DNA from: Gillisia sp.
GTDB lineage: Bacteria > Bacteroidota > Bacteroidia > Flavobacteriales > Flavobacteriaceae
Assembly (NCBI GenBank): GCA_035461025.1
Contig: DATHWA010000350.1
Coordinates: 1 to 43,738 of the forward strand
Direction of reading: 5' to 3'
Length of the DNA stretch: 43,738 nucleotides
Shown piece after piece: positions 27,614 through 37,699 of this stretch. Positions within the stretch are counted from its first letter, which is position 1, and each line of letters starts with the position of its first letter. The notes below the pieces were generated by a model, which worked only from the letters and a program-made list of their open reading frames with translations, made no database searches and was not told the DNA's origin. Position numbers and translations under genes: made by a program.

Positions 27614-28222
27614 CTATCTTGTTGGTTCTGCTTCAGATAACTTTTGAGGGAACATTTCCTTTATAACATCAATTCGCTCTTTCAAAGTCTCTTTATCACC
27701 TCTAAAGTTTGCACTGTTATAATTCTCTTCCATTTGAGTAAAAGAGGTCCCGTATAAACGTTGAGCCTCACGATTTCTCAATTCATTATAGGCAGCTACC
27801 AATTCATTTTGAACAGATATATAAGTCCTATACTCAGTCATCCTGTCATTTACCAGTGAGATAATTGCTTTCTCAGGATTATCTGATGATGCGGGATCAC
27901 CTGCTCCCTGGCAATAGTCACAAGCTTCCTCGCCTACTCCACCACCATTATCCAGAAATTCTATCGCTGCCTGGCGTAACTCACTTAGTTCCATAAGCTC
28001 ATCCTCAACCAGCAATTCATTATTACGGTTTACAATTACCGTAAAAATGTTCTTTTGCCTAATTACAGGTGGCTCAACATTATCCTCCGGGATAGGAGGC
28101 AGCTTTCGGCTAATCCCCATATCCGTCTCCATTGTTGTTGTTACCAGAAAGAAAATTAAAAGCAGGAAAGCAATATCTGCCATCGAACCCGCATTAATTT
28201 CTGGTGATGATCTTCTAGCCAT
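27614..28222 (-). CDS. exbD: ExbD/TolR family biopolymer transport protein
   Basis: SMADIAFLLLIFFLV TM segment with the conserved Asp. Confidence 0.88.
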   Translation of the reverse strand: MARRSSPEINAGSMADIAFLLLIFFLVTTTMETDMGISRKLPPIPEDNVEPPVIRQKNIFTVIVNRNNELLVEDELMELSELRQAAIEFLDNGGGVGEEACDYCQGAGDPASSDNPEKAIISLVNDRMTEYRTYISVQNELVAAYNELRNREAQRLYGTSFTQMEENYNSANFRGDKETLKERIDVIKEMFPQKLSEAEPTR

Positions 28223-28225
28223 AGG

Positions 28226-28663
28226 TTATTTTATTAATTTTCTAACCCCGGAAAGCACCATTGCACCTACTGCAATTCCAGCAAGTATGTAGAAAACTAC
28301 AAGTCCCGTACTTATCCAGTGTGAAGCATTCGCAGAAATGGTAGTACCATCCCTAAGAGTAACTGCTTCTCCACCTGTAACTACGTAAGCAATTACTATA
28401 ACAAGTAAAAAGGCTCCTACAGAGATTAGAGTGTTTTTAATATTTCCACGGAACAATCCTTTAATGACAAAGAAAAGAACCAAAACTATAATTACGGCCA
28501 TAACAAGGTATGCCAGCCACATAATAGGTTCAAGATAACTTGCCTGTTCGGAAGCCGAGGCTTCAATAGCATCATCGCCCGCCATAATAATTCTACCCAA
28601 AAGGATAAGACCTATGACACCAATAACGAGTGCTAAATATTTTAAAATTTTATGAATGGTCAT
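28226..28663 (-). CDS. Hypothetical 4-TM membrane protein within the exbBD operon
   Basis: Four hydrophobic segments; 3-12 nt gaps to neighbouring genes. Confidence 0.8.
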   Translation of the reverse strand: MTIHKILKYLALVIGVIGLILLGRIIMAGDDAIEASASEQASYLEPIMWLAYLVMAVIIVLVLFFVIKGLFRGNIKNTLISVGAFLLVIVIAYVVTGGEAVTLRDGTTISANASHWISTGLVVFYILAGIAVGAMVLSGVRKLIK

Positions 28664-28675
28664 AGTTTATAGCTC

Positions 28676-29473
28676 TTAGATTCTTTTTCTGTTTTTATAG
28701 TCAACAAGCATGTCGATAAGAAGGATAGAAGCATCTTCCATATCATTTACAATGCTATCTATCTTAGCGATAATGTAATTATAAAATATTTGAAGAATAA
28801 TCGCAACAATAAGACCAAATACAGTTGTAAGAAGTGCCACTTTAATACCACCAGCAACTAATGACGGTTGCATATCTCCTGCAGCCTCAATTCTATCAAA
28901 GGCCTGGATCATACCTATTACCGTACCCATGAACCCAAGCATAGGAGCAAGAGCGATAAATAAAGATACCCAGGAAACATTCTTTTCAAGTTGTCCCATT
29001 TGTACACCACCGTAAGCAACAACAGCTTTCTCTGCTGCCTCTATGCTTTCGTCTGCCCTGTCAAGACCCTGATAATAAATAGATGCAACAGGACCTCTTG
29101 TGTTACGACAAACTTCTTTAGCAGCTTCAACACCACCGCTGTTCAACGCGTCTTCAACGTCCTGAGCAAGCTTCTTTGTGTTTGTAGTTGAAAGATTCAA
29201 AAAGATGATCCTCTCAATGGCAATAGCCAAACCTAGAATTAAACAAAGAAGTACGATCCCCATGAATCCGGGACCACCTTCAATAAAACGTCTTTTTAAT
29301 TCCTGGTGAAAACCAACGGATTCTTCCTCTTGCATATCGAGGGCTGCTTCTTCATCCTGAATAAAATTCACGATGTTATCTGGCTGTGCAGTCACGTAAT
29401 TTGTAGCATTTACTTGCGCTGCTCCAAATAACATAATCGAAGCGATTACCAAAGTTGAAAATAATCTTTTCAT
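28676..29473 (-). CDS. exbB: MotA/TolQ/ExbB proton channel family protein
   Basis: APMLGFMGTVIGMI.AF and GGIKVALLTTVFGL; N-terminal signal peptide. Confidence 0.92.
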   Translation of the reverse strand: MKRLFSTLVIASIMLFGAAQVNATNYVTAQPDNIVNFIQDEEAALDMQEEESVGFHQELKRRFIEGGPGFMGIVLLCLILGLAIAIERIIFLNLSTTNTKKLAQDVEDALNSGGVEAAKEVCRNTRGPVASIYYQGLDRADESIEAAEKAVVAYGGVQMGQLEKNVSWVSLFIALAPMLGFMGTVIGMIQAFDRIEAAGDMQPSLVAGGIKVALLTTVFGLIVAIILQIFYNYIIAKIDSIVNDMEDASILLIDMLVDYKNRKRI

Positions 29474-29543
29474 TACTGTTTGTCTTAATTTAATTAGTTA
29501 AAGGGTTAAAGATATAAAAATATTTTTTTAAAAAAACAATTAG

Positions 29544-29631
29544 CAGAGAGGAAGGGATTCGAACCCTCGATACCCTTTTGAGGTATACACACTTTCCAGG
29601 CGTGCGCCTTCGACCACTCGGCCACCTCTCT
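29544..29631 (-). tRNA. tRNA-Ser (anticodon GGA), long variable arm, CCA not encoded
   Basis: AGAGAGG acceptor stem pairs with CCTCTCT plus discriminator G; D arm GCCGAGTGGTCGAAGGC; anticodon arm CACGC-CTGGAAA-GTGTG; T arm GAGGG-TTCGAAT-CCCTT. Confidence 0.97.
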
Positions 29632-29702
29632 ATTATGTTGTGCTAATTTGGTGCGCCAAATAACAAAAAAATTAGTTAACCATCAAACATCATTCGTTAA
29701 TT

Positions 29703-30731
29703 TTATAACATTTCCCCTCGCAGGGAAGTCTCGAATATGGTTTTGAACACTTTAGGTGATAAATCTTTTCCCAAAAGATACATCAATTTTGCCACTGCAG
29801 CCTCTGTTGTGATGTCTTTTCCAGATACTACCCCAAGTTTTTTAAGCTGTGTACTGGTTTCATACTGCCCCATTGAAACACTTCCCCCAATACACTGGGT
29901 TACATTTACCACCACAAGCCCCCGGGAAATATGCTTCTTAAGGACTTTTAAAAACCAGGGATCTGTTGGTGCATTACCACTACCATAAGTTTCCAGCACC
30001 ACACCTTTTAACCGCTTTCGCGATAGAATATGGTCTACGGTTAGTTCATTTATCCCGGGAAACATTTTTAAAATTAATACATCATCCCGAAAATCTGTAT
30101 GTACAATTGTCTTTTTTCTTCGGTTAGTTTTCCACAACGCGCTGTGATTCACAGATAGAAAAACTCCGGACTCTGCCAACGGCGGATAATTACTGGAGGA
30201 AAAAGCCTGAAAATGTTCCGCATTTACCTTGGTAGTGCGGTTGCCACGGTAGAGCTTGTACTCAAAATAAAGTCCAACTTCAGAGATCACAGGCCTCCCT
30301 TGTCTTTGCAAACCAGCTATCTGGATACTGGTAATGAGATTTTCCTTGGCGTCTGTTCTTAAGTCTCCAATGGGCAGTTGTGAACCCGTGAATATAATAG
30401 GCTTGGTAAGGTTCTCAAACATAAAACTCAAAGCCGCCGCCGAATAGGACATGGTATCACTTCCATGAAGCACTACAAAACCATCATAATTTTCAAAACG
30501 CTCCTCAATTATACGGGCAATCTGCGCCCAGTATTCCGGGTTCATATTTGAGGAATCTATTGGCTCCTTAAAGCTAATGGTATCAATATGATGTTCCAGA
30601 AGTTTTAATTCAGGAATGTTTTGAAGAAGTTCGCTAAAGTTAAATGCCTTTAACGCCCCGGTCTCAAAATCTTTGATCATACCAATTGTACCACCGGTAT
30701 AAATAAGTAAGATATTAGACTTTGTTTTCAT
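29703..30731 (-). CDS. ansA: L-asparaginase type I
   Basis: IYTGGTIGM, DSSNM, HGSDTM, TGSQLP, RGNRTTK. Confidence 0.92.
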   Translation of the reverse strand: MKTKSNILLIYTGGTIGMIKDFETGALKAFNFSELLQNIPELKLLEHHIDTISFKEPIDSSNMNPEYWAQIARIIEERFENYDGFVVLHGSDTMSYSAAALSFMFENLTKPIIFTGSQLPIGDLRTDAKENLITSIQIAGLQRQGRPVISEVGLYFEYKLYRGNRTTKVNAEHFQAFSSSNYPPLAESGVFLSVNHSALWKTNRRKKTIVHTDFRDDVLILKMFPGINELTVDHILSRKRLKGVVLETYGSGNAPTDPWFLKVLKKHISRGLVVVNVTQCIGGSVSMGQYETSTQLKKLGVVSGKDITTEAAVAKLMYLLGKDLSPKVFKTIFETSLRGEML

Positions 30732-31863
30732 TAAGGCGTTCCTGGTTTATAACTGGAGTGGCATACATCAATAGGTAACTATTCACCTCCAGGGCATTTT
30801 CACAATCGATACGCCTGGTCAACCTGCGCTCGAATTGTCGTTTTTCTTTAATTGTATAATATTGTGCGTGACTATCGTCGTTATTCAAAAGATCACAAGC
30901 TATGTAATTGGCAGGCCAAAGCTTATAACAAGAATGGATCTCCTCATCAATATTACGGGCTATAGCTTTCAGGAAATCATTTACTGAAGATTCTTTCTTC
31001 TCAATTTCTTCAAACCAGGATTGAGTAAGAGGTTCTCCGGCCTCAATATGTATTCTCCCCTTATTACCAAGCGCGCCCTTCATAATAGAGTTAAAATCTT
31101 CGTTAGCAGATTTGATATACGTTTCTTCCATCCTTTTCGCCATGATCTCCGGCATTTTGAGAATATCTGTAGGATCGAATTCATAGGAAATAGCCACAGG
31201 AACTATTTTGATCTTTGAAAAATATTCAGCTATAGTTAGATCTCCCTTGGCCATAGCAAGCATCTTTAACACCCCTTGTTGCGTGGTATCATTACCGTCT
31301 TTTGTACGGCCCTCCCGCTGCGCCATCCATACCGACCGGTTTTCTTCGAGCAGAAGGTGTTTAATATATTCTGAAAGATTTTGAGAGCTCTTCAACATTT
31401 CCCTTGGACCCAACCCACGCTGAACAAGAAAATTTCTGTTGATCCTACTTAAGAGCAGGAGAAAGGGTTTTTTAACCAGGTTATCTCCAATAGCCGAAGC
31501 AGTCATTTTAAGATCTGTTTCGTAAAGCACACAATTTAGAAGGCTTGTATCCAATATAATATCCCGGTGATTGGAAATATACATATAGGATTCATCATGC
31601 TTCAGTTTCTTGAAGCCGTGATAGGTAAGCCCTTCACTACTCTTCTCGAGCACTCTTCGCACTGTGCTGTAGATGATCTTTGTCTGGAAATCCCTAATAG
31701 AATGGCACTCCTTTACAATTTCCCTTATTTCGGAAAAAGATTTCTCCGGAAAGGTAAACCGTAATAAGGCTTTGATCATTGGATGGTTAACGTATTCCTG
31801 CAGCGCAGGCTGCACTTCACTATCCTTAAAAAATCTTATATCTTCAAAATTTGACACTGGCAT
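30715..31863 (-). CDS. Glycerol-3-phosphate/lysophospholipid acyltransferase family protein
   Basis: SNHRDIILD (HxxxxD), AIGDNL, WMAQREGRTKDG. Confidence 0.85.
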   Translation of the reverse strand: MPVSNFEDIRFFKDSEVQPALQEYVNHPMIKALLRFTFPEKSFSEIREIVKECHSIRDFQTKIIYSTVRRVLEKSSEGLTYHGFKKLKHDESYMYISNHRDIILDTSLLNCVLYETDLKMTASAIGDNLVKKPFLLLLSRINRNFLVQRGLGPREMLKSSQNLSEYIKHLLLEENRSVWMAQREGRTKDGNDTTQQGVLKMLAMAKGDLTIAEYFSKIKIVPVAISYEFDPTDILKMPEIMAKRMEETYIKSANEDFNSIMKGALGNKGRIHIEAGEPLTQSWFEEIEKKESSVNDFLKAIARNIDEEIHSCYKLWPANYIACDLLNNDDSHAQYYTIKEKRQFERRLTRRIDCENALEVNSYLLMYATPVINQERLNENKV

Positions 31864-31910
31864 ATAGGTTGGCTTGACAAATGAACAAAATTAAAAATTA
31901 AATTTTTGCA

Positions 31911-32678
31911 TTATACCCCAAATATATCCCGGGAATTCTGCGTGGTAATACGTGCTATCTCCTCCAGTTCTACCTCATAGAGGTTCGCTAATCTTTCAGC
32001 AATTATCTTTATATACGAACTTTCATTCCTTTTCCCCCTATATGGAGCAGGTGCAAGGTAGGGAGCATCTGTCTCAAGAACGATATTTTCTAAAGGAATT
32101 TGAGAAATAAATTTATCCAGTCCGCCATTTTTAAAAGTTACAACCCCCCCAATCCCAAGCTTCATATTGAAAGACAAGGCCCGAATTGCCTGCTCATAAT
32201 TTCCGCTGAAACAATGGAATATTCCAAAAAGTTTTTCATCCTTTTCCATTTCCAGTACTTCAAAAATCTCATCAAATGCTTCCCGGCAGTGTATAACAAT
32301 AGGAAGGTCATATTTTTTTGCCAATTGGATCTGCCTCTTGAAGGCATCCTGTTGCTGCTTCAGGTATTTCTTCTCCCAGTATAGGTCTATTCCAATTTCA
32401 CCCACAGCATAAAATTTCCTTGCTTCAAGCTCCTCCTTTACATGTTGCAGTTCTATTTCATAATTATCATCTACAGAGGAAGGATGTAAACCCATCATAA
32501 GAAAAATCCTTTCAGGATCTTGCTGCTCCAGTCTGTACATGGCCTCCGTGTGGGAAGAATCTATGGCAGGGATGAAAAACCTTTTTACATTCTGGTCCAG
32601 AGCTCTTCGGATCACCGCTTCTCTATCTTCGTCAAATTCTTTGCTATATAAATGCGTGTGGGTATCTGTTAAAATCAT
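31911..32678 (-). CDS. tatD: TatD family hydrolase
   Basis: DTHTH, GLHP, VGEIGIDL, IHCR, FHCF, LETDAPY. Confidence 0.92.
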   Translation of the reverse strand: MILTDTHTHLYSKEFDEDREAVIRRALDQNVKRFFIPAIDSSHTEAMYRLEQQDPERIFLMMGLHPSSVDDNYEIELQHVKEELEARKFYAVGEIGIDLYWEKKYLKQQQDAFKRQIQLAKKYDLPIVIHCREAFDEIFEVLEMEKDEKLFGIFHCFSGNYEQAIRALSFNMKLGIGGVVTFKNGGLDKFISQIPLENIVLETDAPYLAPAPYRGKRNESSYIKIIAERLANLYEVELEEIARITTQNSRDIFGV

Positions 32679-32730
32679 ATTTGCAAAATTAATTTATTTT
32701 ATACACCTATCTTTGCGAAAAAGAAAAAGA

Positions 32731-33168
32731 ATGGCTTCATTAAAGAAATTATTGGAAGAAAAAGGATATCATCGCATTAAACTAAAATATACCGCTACTA
32801 ATCATTTTGAACTTGTGGCTAAAATCAACAAGATAGAAGGGAATTTTATCCTTGACACTGGGGCATCAAGTTCATGCGTGGGATTTGATGCGGTAAAACA
32901 TTTTGAATTGCTGGCAGAAGATAGTGAAATAAGGGCTGCAGGTGCAGGAGCTACTAATATGCTTACTCAAATAGCCCAGCAAAACAGCATTGAGATAAAA
33001 GGTTGGAAAAAGAAAAAAATAGACCTTGTTCTATTTGACCTTACCCATGTCAATGAAGCGCTCACCAACCATAAGGCCGAAAAGGTTCACGGAATCATTG
33101 GTGCAGATATCCTTAAAGAAGGAAAAGCAGTAATAGATTATAAAAACAAATCACTTTATCTAAAATAA
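32731..33168 (+). CDS. Retropepsin-like aspartic protease
   Basis: FILDTGAS catalytic motif and GIIGADIL. ATG at 32731 follows TATCTTTG (32708-32715). Confidence 0.88.
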   Translation: MASLKKLLEEKGYHRIKLKYTATNHFELVAKINKIEGNFILDTGASSSCVGFDAVKHFELLAEDSEIRAAGAGATNMLTQIAQQNSIEIKGWKKKKIDLVLFDLTHVNEALTNHKAEKVHGIIGADILKEGKAVIDYKNKSLYLK

Positions 33169-33241
33169 TTTCAAAATGGGGAAAAATCCCCATGTTTTTA
33201 ACTCATTAAATCTTTTACCTTTGGTTTATAAGTTGACAATA

Positions 33242-33355
33242 ATGAAATTTAATACGAATAAACGGGAGCTGAATGATTTAGGATGGACCCTTCTTTCTAT
33301 AAGCGTAGTAAGTATTTTGCTCCTTAATATTCTTACACTTCTGGAATTATTTTAG
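33242..33355 (+). CDS. Small single-TM membrane protein (37 aa), absent from the ORF track
   Basis: MKFNTNKRELNDLGWTLLSISVVSILLLNILTLLELF*; -7 box TACCTTTG at 33216-33223; downstream terminator. Confidence 0.6.
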   Translation: MKFNTNKRELNDLGWTLLSISVVSILLLNILTLLELF

Positions 33356-33380
33356 TTAATTTGGAGCCGAACCAAATATT

Positions 33381-33411
33381 AAAGGCAGCAATTTTCATTG
33401 CTGCCTTTTTT
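33381..33411. terminator. Bidirectional intrinsic terminator (sORF / sucB)
   Basis: AAAGGCAGCAAT-TTTC-ATTGCTGCCTTT-TTT. Confidence 0.85.
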
Positions 33412-33432
33412 AATTTATAATCTTAAAGTACT

Positions 33433-34716
33433 CTATAGTTCCAGAGCTCTTTTCACATCGTTATCCATTAATAATTCTTCCGGGTTTTCCAGGGCTTCTT
33501 TAACCGCAACCAGAAATCCTACAGACTCTTTTCCATCAATGATCCTGTGATCATAAGAAAGGGCCACAAACATAATAGGACGTATTTCCACATGACCATC
33601 TACAGCTACAGGTCTATCTACTATATTGTGCATTCCAAGAATGGCACTTTGAGGAGGATTGATAATTGGAGTAGACAACATTGAGCCAAATACCCCGCCA
33701 TTTGTAATAGTGAAAGTTCCACCGGTCATTTCATCTACAGTTATTTGTCCATCTCTTGCCCTTATTGCAAGACGTTTTACCTCATCCTCAATCCCACGGA
33801 AACCAAGATTCTCTGCATTTCTTATTACAGGAACCATAAGACCTTTGGGGCCAGATACAGCAATACTTATGTCTTTAAAATCATGTGAAATTTGGTAATC
33901 CCCGTCAATCATGGAGTTAACATCAGGGTATAAATCAAGCGCCCTTACTATTGCAAGCGTGAAGAAAGACATAAAACCAAGTCCTACACCATGTCTATCT
34001 TTAAATTCCTCTTTGTATTGTTTTCTAAGAGAGAAAATAGCACTCATATCTACTTCATTAAAAGTAGTAAGCATGGCGGTATCATTTTTTACACTTACAA
34101 GACGCTCTGCAACCTTACGTCTAAGCATAGACATTTTTTTGCGAGATTCCCCTCTTTTACCCGGACCGGGAGTGCCCATAGAAGTCTTTGCCTGCACTGC
34201 ATCTTCCTTGGTAATTCTTCCATCACGCCCTGAACCACTTACAGATTTAGAATCCACACCTTTTTCATCAAGGATTTTCTTTGCCGCAGGAGATGGTGAT
34301 CCTGTAGCATAATTTTTATCCTGTTTTTGTGATGGGGTAGAGGATTTAGAAGGAGCCTCTGTTTTTGCAGGTGCTTTCTCACTATCTGCCTTAGATGGCT
34401 CCTCTTTTCTTTCCTTCTCCACTTCTTCTTCAGCAGAGTCATCTGTATCTTCTTTTTTACTATCGCCGCCCGGTTTTGGTGCGTCTGTATCGATGATACA
34501 AACCACCTGCCCTACTGCAACTGCATCTCCTTCTTCTGCTTTCAAAGTGATGATCCCGCTGGCTTCAGCCGGCAGTTCCAGAGTTGCTTTATCACTGTCT
34601 ACTTCAGCTATCGCCTGATCTTTTTCTACATAATCTCCATCTTCTACGAGCCACTGAGCTATTTCAACTTCTGTAATTGATTCTCCCGGAGAAGGAACTT
34701 TCATTTCTAAAGCCAT
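33433..34716 (-). CDS. sucB: 2-oxoglutarate dehydrogenase E2, dihydrolipoyl succinyltransferase
   Basis: Lipoyl domain (DSDKAT), E3-binding domain ([12 protein letters not shown]), catalytic YDHRIIDG. Confidence 0.97.
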   Translation of the reverse strand: MALEMKVPSPGESITEVEIAQWLVEDGDYVEKDQAIAEVDSDKATLELPAEASGIITLKAEEGDAVAVGQVVCIIDTDAPKPGGDSKKEDTDDSAEEEVEKERKEEPSKADSEKAPAKTEAPSKSSTPSQKQDKNYATGSPSPAAKKILDEKGVDSKSVSGSGRDGRITKEDAVQAKTSMGTPGPGKRGESRKKMSMLRRKVAERLVSVKNDTAMLTTFNEVDMSAIFSLRKQYKEEFKDRHGVGLGFMSFFTLAIVRALDLYPDVNSMIDGDYQISHDFKDISIAVSGPKGLMVPVIRNAENLGFRGIEDEVKRLAIRARDGQITVDEMTGGTFTITNGGVFGSMLSTPIINPPQSAILGMHNIVDRPVAVDGHVEIRPIMFVALSYDHRIIDGKESVGFLVAVKEALENPEELLMDNDVKRALEL

Positions 34717-34789
34717 GATCTTACTTTTTTATTTTTCTGCTTTACTTAAAAAGCACATTATTCTAGTTGTTATAAAATTTTAATCTCTC

Positions 34790-37570
34790 TTAAACCACTG
34801 TTTTGTCAAAAACACTTTCAAGCACTTTTTCGTGGCGTTTTTTAAATCTTACCGCACTTCCTGCTGCCGGCGAACCGTAAAACTTACGACTACACACCCT
34901 GAAGTTCTTCGCCTCGTCAAAATGTAAAAGCAAATGACTATATGCCCCCATATTTCGAGGTTCTTCCTGTGCCCATACCACATCATCTGCATTCTTGTAC
35001 TTTTCCATCATTTGCTTCATTTCCTCTTTTGGAAGGGGGAACAATTGTTCAATACGTACCAATGCCACATCATCTCTTTCCAGTTTCTCCCTGCGTTCTA
35101 ATAGGTCATAATAGAATTTCCCCGTGCAAAAAACAAGGGTTTTGACCTTTTTTACATCTGCAGTTTCGTCATCCAGATAAGGCTGGAAAGTACCCTCTGC
35201 AAATTCCTCTTTGGTAGAAAGCACTCTTGGATGCCTTAATAAACTTTTTGGAGTAAATATAATTAAAGGTTTTCTATACTTCACTTTCATTTGGCGGCGA
35301 AGCAAATGGAACATATTGGCCGGCGTTGTAACATCTGCCACAAACATATTATCTGTAGCACAAAGCTGAAGAAAACGCTCCATTCTACCGGAGGAATGCT
35401 CTGCTCCCTGGCCTTCATAACCATGTGGAAGGAACATTACAAGACCATTCTGTAGTTTCCACTTATCTTCTGCAGCACTTATATACTGGTCTATCATGAT
35501 TTGCGCGCCATTCACGAAATCCCCGAATTGTGCCTCCCATATCGTAAGGGTAGTTGGACTAGCCATGGCATAACCATAATCAAAACCAACTACTCCATAT
35601 TCACTTAAAAGGGAATTATATATTTTAAAGTCTCCTTTTTTATTAGGTATATTATTATGAAGAATGATCTCCTCTTCACTGTCTTCAACTTTTACAATGG
35701 CATGACGGTGAGAGAAAGTACCCCTTTCCACATCCTGACCGCTCATTCTAACGCTGTAACCCTCCACCATAAGTGAACCGTAGGCCAACAGCTCTGCCAT
35801 AGCCCAATCCAGCTTATTGTTATCAAAATACATTGCGTGCCGCCCTTCAATAAGTTTTGCAATCTTGCGCATGAACTTTTTACCTTTTGGTAGTTGGGTA
35901 ATGACTTCAGCAACCTTATTGAGGACCTCCATATCTATTGTGGTATCCACAGGCTTTATCATTTCCTCTTCATCCACATTTTCAAAGCCTTCCCACTCAT
36001 CCTGCATGAAAGGAGTTACCTTGGTCTTTTCAACCTTCCTACTATCTTCCAGATCCTCTTCCAGGCGTGATTTATAATCTTCTTCGAGCTCTTTTACATA
36101 ATTTTCATCAATAACCCCACTCTTAATTAACTTTTGAGCATAAATATCACGAGGATTTTCATGTTTCGCAATTGCCTTATATAGTTTTGGCTGGGTGAAC
36201 CTTGGCTCATCCCCTTCATTATGTCCGTATTTTCTATATCCTAAGAGATCAATAAAAACATCTCTCTTGAATTGCATTCTAAAATCAAGGGCAAAAAGCA
36301 CGGCATGCACTACAGCCTCTGCATCATCTGCATTCACATGTAAGACAGGTGAAAGAGTTACCTTTGCCACATCTGTACAATAAGTTGAGGAACGACCGTC
36401 AAGGTAATTAGTAGTAAATCCTATTTGGTTATTAACCACAATGTGGATTGTACCGCCGGTTTGGTATCCTTCCAGCTGGGCCATTTGCACGATCTCATAA
36501 ACAAGGCCCTGCCCCGCTATTGCCGCATCCCCGTGAACTATTATAGGTAATACCGAAGAGTTATCTTCATTATATCTTTTATCCTGCTTTGCCCGGGTGA
36601 TCCCTTCTACCACAGCCCCAACTGTTTCCAGGTGGGAAGGGTTTGGCGCAAGATTTATATTGATTTCTTTTCCATTTCGGGTTTTCCTGCAACTGGTCCA
36701 GCCCAAATGATATTTTACATCCCCGTCAAAAATGTCCTGTTCATAATCCTTCCCATCAAATTCACTAAAAATGTCTTTCGCACTTTTCCCAAAGACGTTT
36801 GTAAGGGTATTAAGTCTACCCCGGTGAGCCATTCCCATTACAAATTCCTTAACCCCTGCATCTGCTGCTCTTTCAATGATTGCCTCCAGGGCAGGAATAA
36901 GACTTTCATTTCCTTCAAGGGAGAATCTTTTCTGGCCTACGTATTTTGTATGAAGAAAGGTTTCAAAAGAAACGGCCTCATTAAGTTTTTTTAAAATCAG
37001 CTTTTTATCGTCATTGTCGAAATTAGGCTGATTATCATTGATATTTAATTTTTCCTGAATCCAGGAAACCTCTTCAGGCTTACGAATGTACATATACTCC
37101 ACTCCAATAGACTGGCAGTAGATTTTCGATAAGTGAGTAATTATGTCTCTTAATGTAGCAGGACCAATGCTAATGATCTCCCCTGCATTGAAAACAGTGT
37201 CCAAATCACTTTGGGACAATCCAAAGTTTTCAATATCCAGCGTAGGTGTATATTGCCTGCGTTCCCTTACCGGGTTGGTACGGGTGAACAAATGACCACG
37301 TTTGCGGTATCCCTCTATAAGTTTTATTACCCTGAATTCCTTTTCAAGGTTTTGTAATTGAGGTTCACAGTAGTCCTCATCATTCACTTGTGGTTGGGAA
37401 ATTACTTCCTGAGATGAACTGTTATTTGAATTACCGTTCTGCCCAAAATCAAAGCCCTGGAAAAATGCTCTCCAGCTGGGTTCAACACTATCGGGGTTTT
37501 GTAAGTATTGGTCGTAAAGATCGGCGAAATATCCTGTATGTGCGGCGTTAAGAAATGAGAATCTATCCAT
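34790..37570 (-). CDS. sucA: 2-oxoglutarate dehydrogenase E1
   Basis: GMAHRGRLN, HGDAA ThDP motif, WEAQFGDF, LPHGYEGQG.EHSS. Confidence 0.98.
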   Translation of the reverse strand: MDRFSFLNAAHTGYFADLYDQYLQNPDSVEPSWRAFFQGFDFGQNGNSNNSSSQEVISQPQVNDEDYCEPQLQNLEKEFRVIKLIEGYRKRGHLFTRTNPVRERRQYTPTLDIENFGLSQSDLDTVFNAGEIISIGPATLRDIITHLSKIYCQSIGVEYMYIRKPEEVSWIQEKLNINDNQPNFDNDDKKLILKKLNEAVSFETFLHTKYVGQKRFSLEGNESLIPALEAIIERAADAGVKEFVMGMAHRGRLNTLTNVFGKSAKDIFSEFDGKDYEQDIFDGDVKYHLGWTSCRKTRNGKEININLAPNPSHLETVGAVVEGITRAKQDKRYNEDNSSVLPIIVHGDAAIAGQGLVYEIVQMAQLEGYQTGGTIHIVVNNQIGFTTNYLDGRSSTYCTDVAKVTLSPVLHVNADDAEAVVHAVLFALDFRMQFKRDVFIDLLGYRKYGHNEGDEPRFTQPKLYKAIAKHENPRDIYAQKLIKSGVIDENYVKELEEDYKSRLEEDLEDSRKVEKTKVTPFMQDEWEGFENVDEEEMIKPVDTTIDMEVLNKVAEVITQLPKGKKFMRKIAKLIEGRHAMYFDNNKLDWAMAELLAYGSLMVEGYSVRMSGQDVERGTFSHRHAIVKVEDSEEEIILHNNIPNKKGDFKIYNSLLSEYGVVGFDYGYAMASPTTLTIWEAQFGDFVNGAQIMIDQYISAAEDKWKLQNGLVMFLPHGYEGQGAEHSSGRMERFLQLCATDNMFVADVTTPANMFHLLRRQMKVKYRKPLIIFTPKSLLRHPRVLSTKEEFAEGTFQPYLDDETADVKKVKTLVFCTGKFYYDLLERREKLERDDVALVRIEQLFPLPKEEMKQMMEKYKNADDVVWAQEEPRNMGAYSHLLLHFDEAKNFRVCSRKFYGSPAAGSAVRFKKRHEKVLESVFDKTVV

Positions 37571-37699
37571 AGTTGGAAACTAATGTTTCTTTTAATATAA
37601 AACAACGCAAAAATACAATTTTTAGAATTTATAGCTTATAAGATTTATTATATTTATCTTTTGCATTAGAAGAACTTTAACATCAAAAAAACTGCTAAT

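Noticed and set aside
29544-29631. tRNA-Ser as an integration site for an island
   Set aside because: No integrase and no duplicated tRNA 3' end seen; both flanks are housekeeping genes.
32539-32730. N-terminal extensions in the ORF track (protease from 32539; also ferritin 13788, pyrH 15299, TetR 39307, TolC 39920, GT2 7105)
   Set aside because: They overlap promoter boxes or neighbouring genes, or precede the recognisable N-terminus; downstream ATGs fit better.
34300-34490. Low-complexity Glu/Lys/Ser/Pro stretch in sucB
   Set aside because: Ordinary flexible linker between the lipoyl and E3-binding domains.
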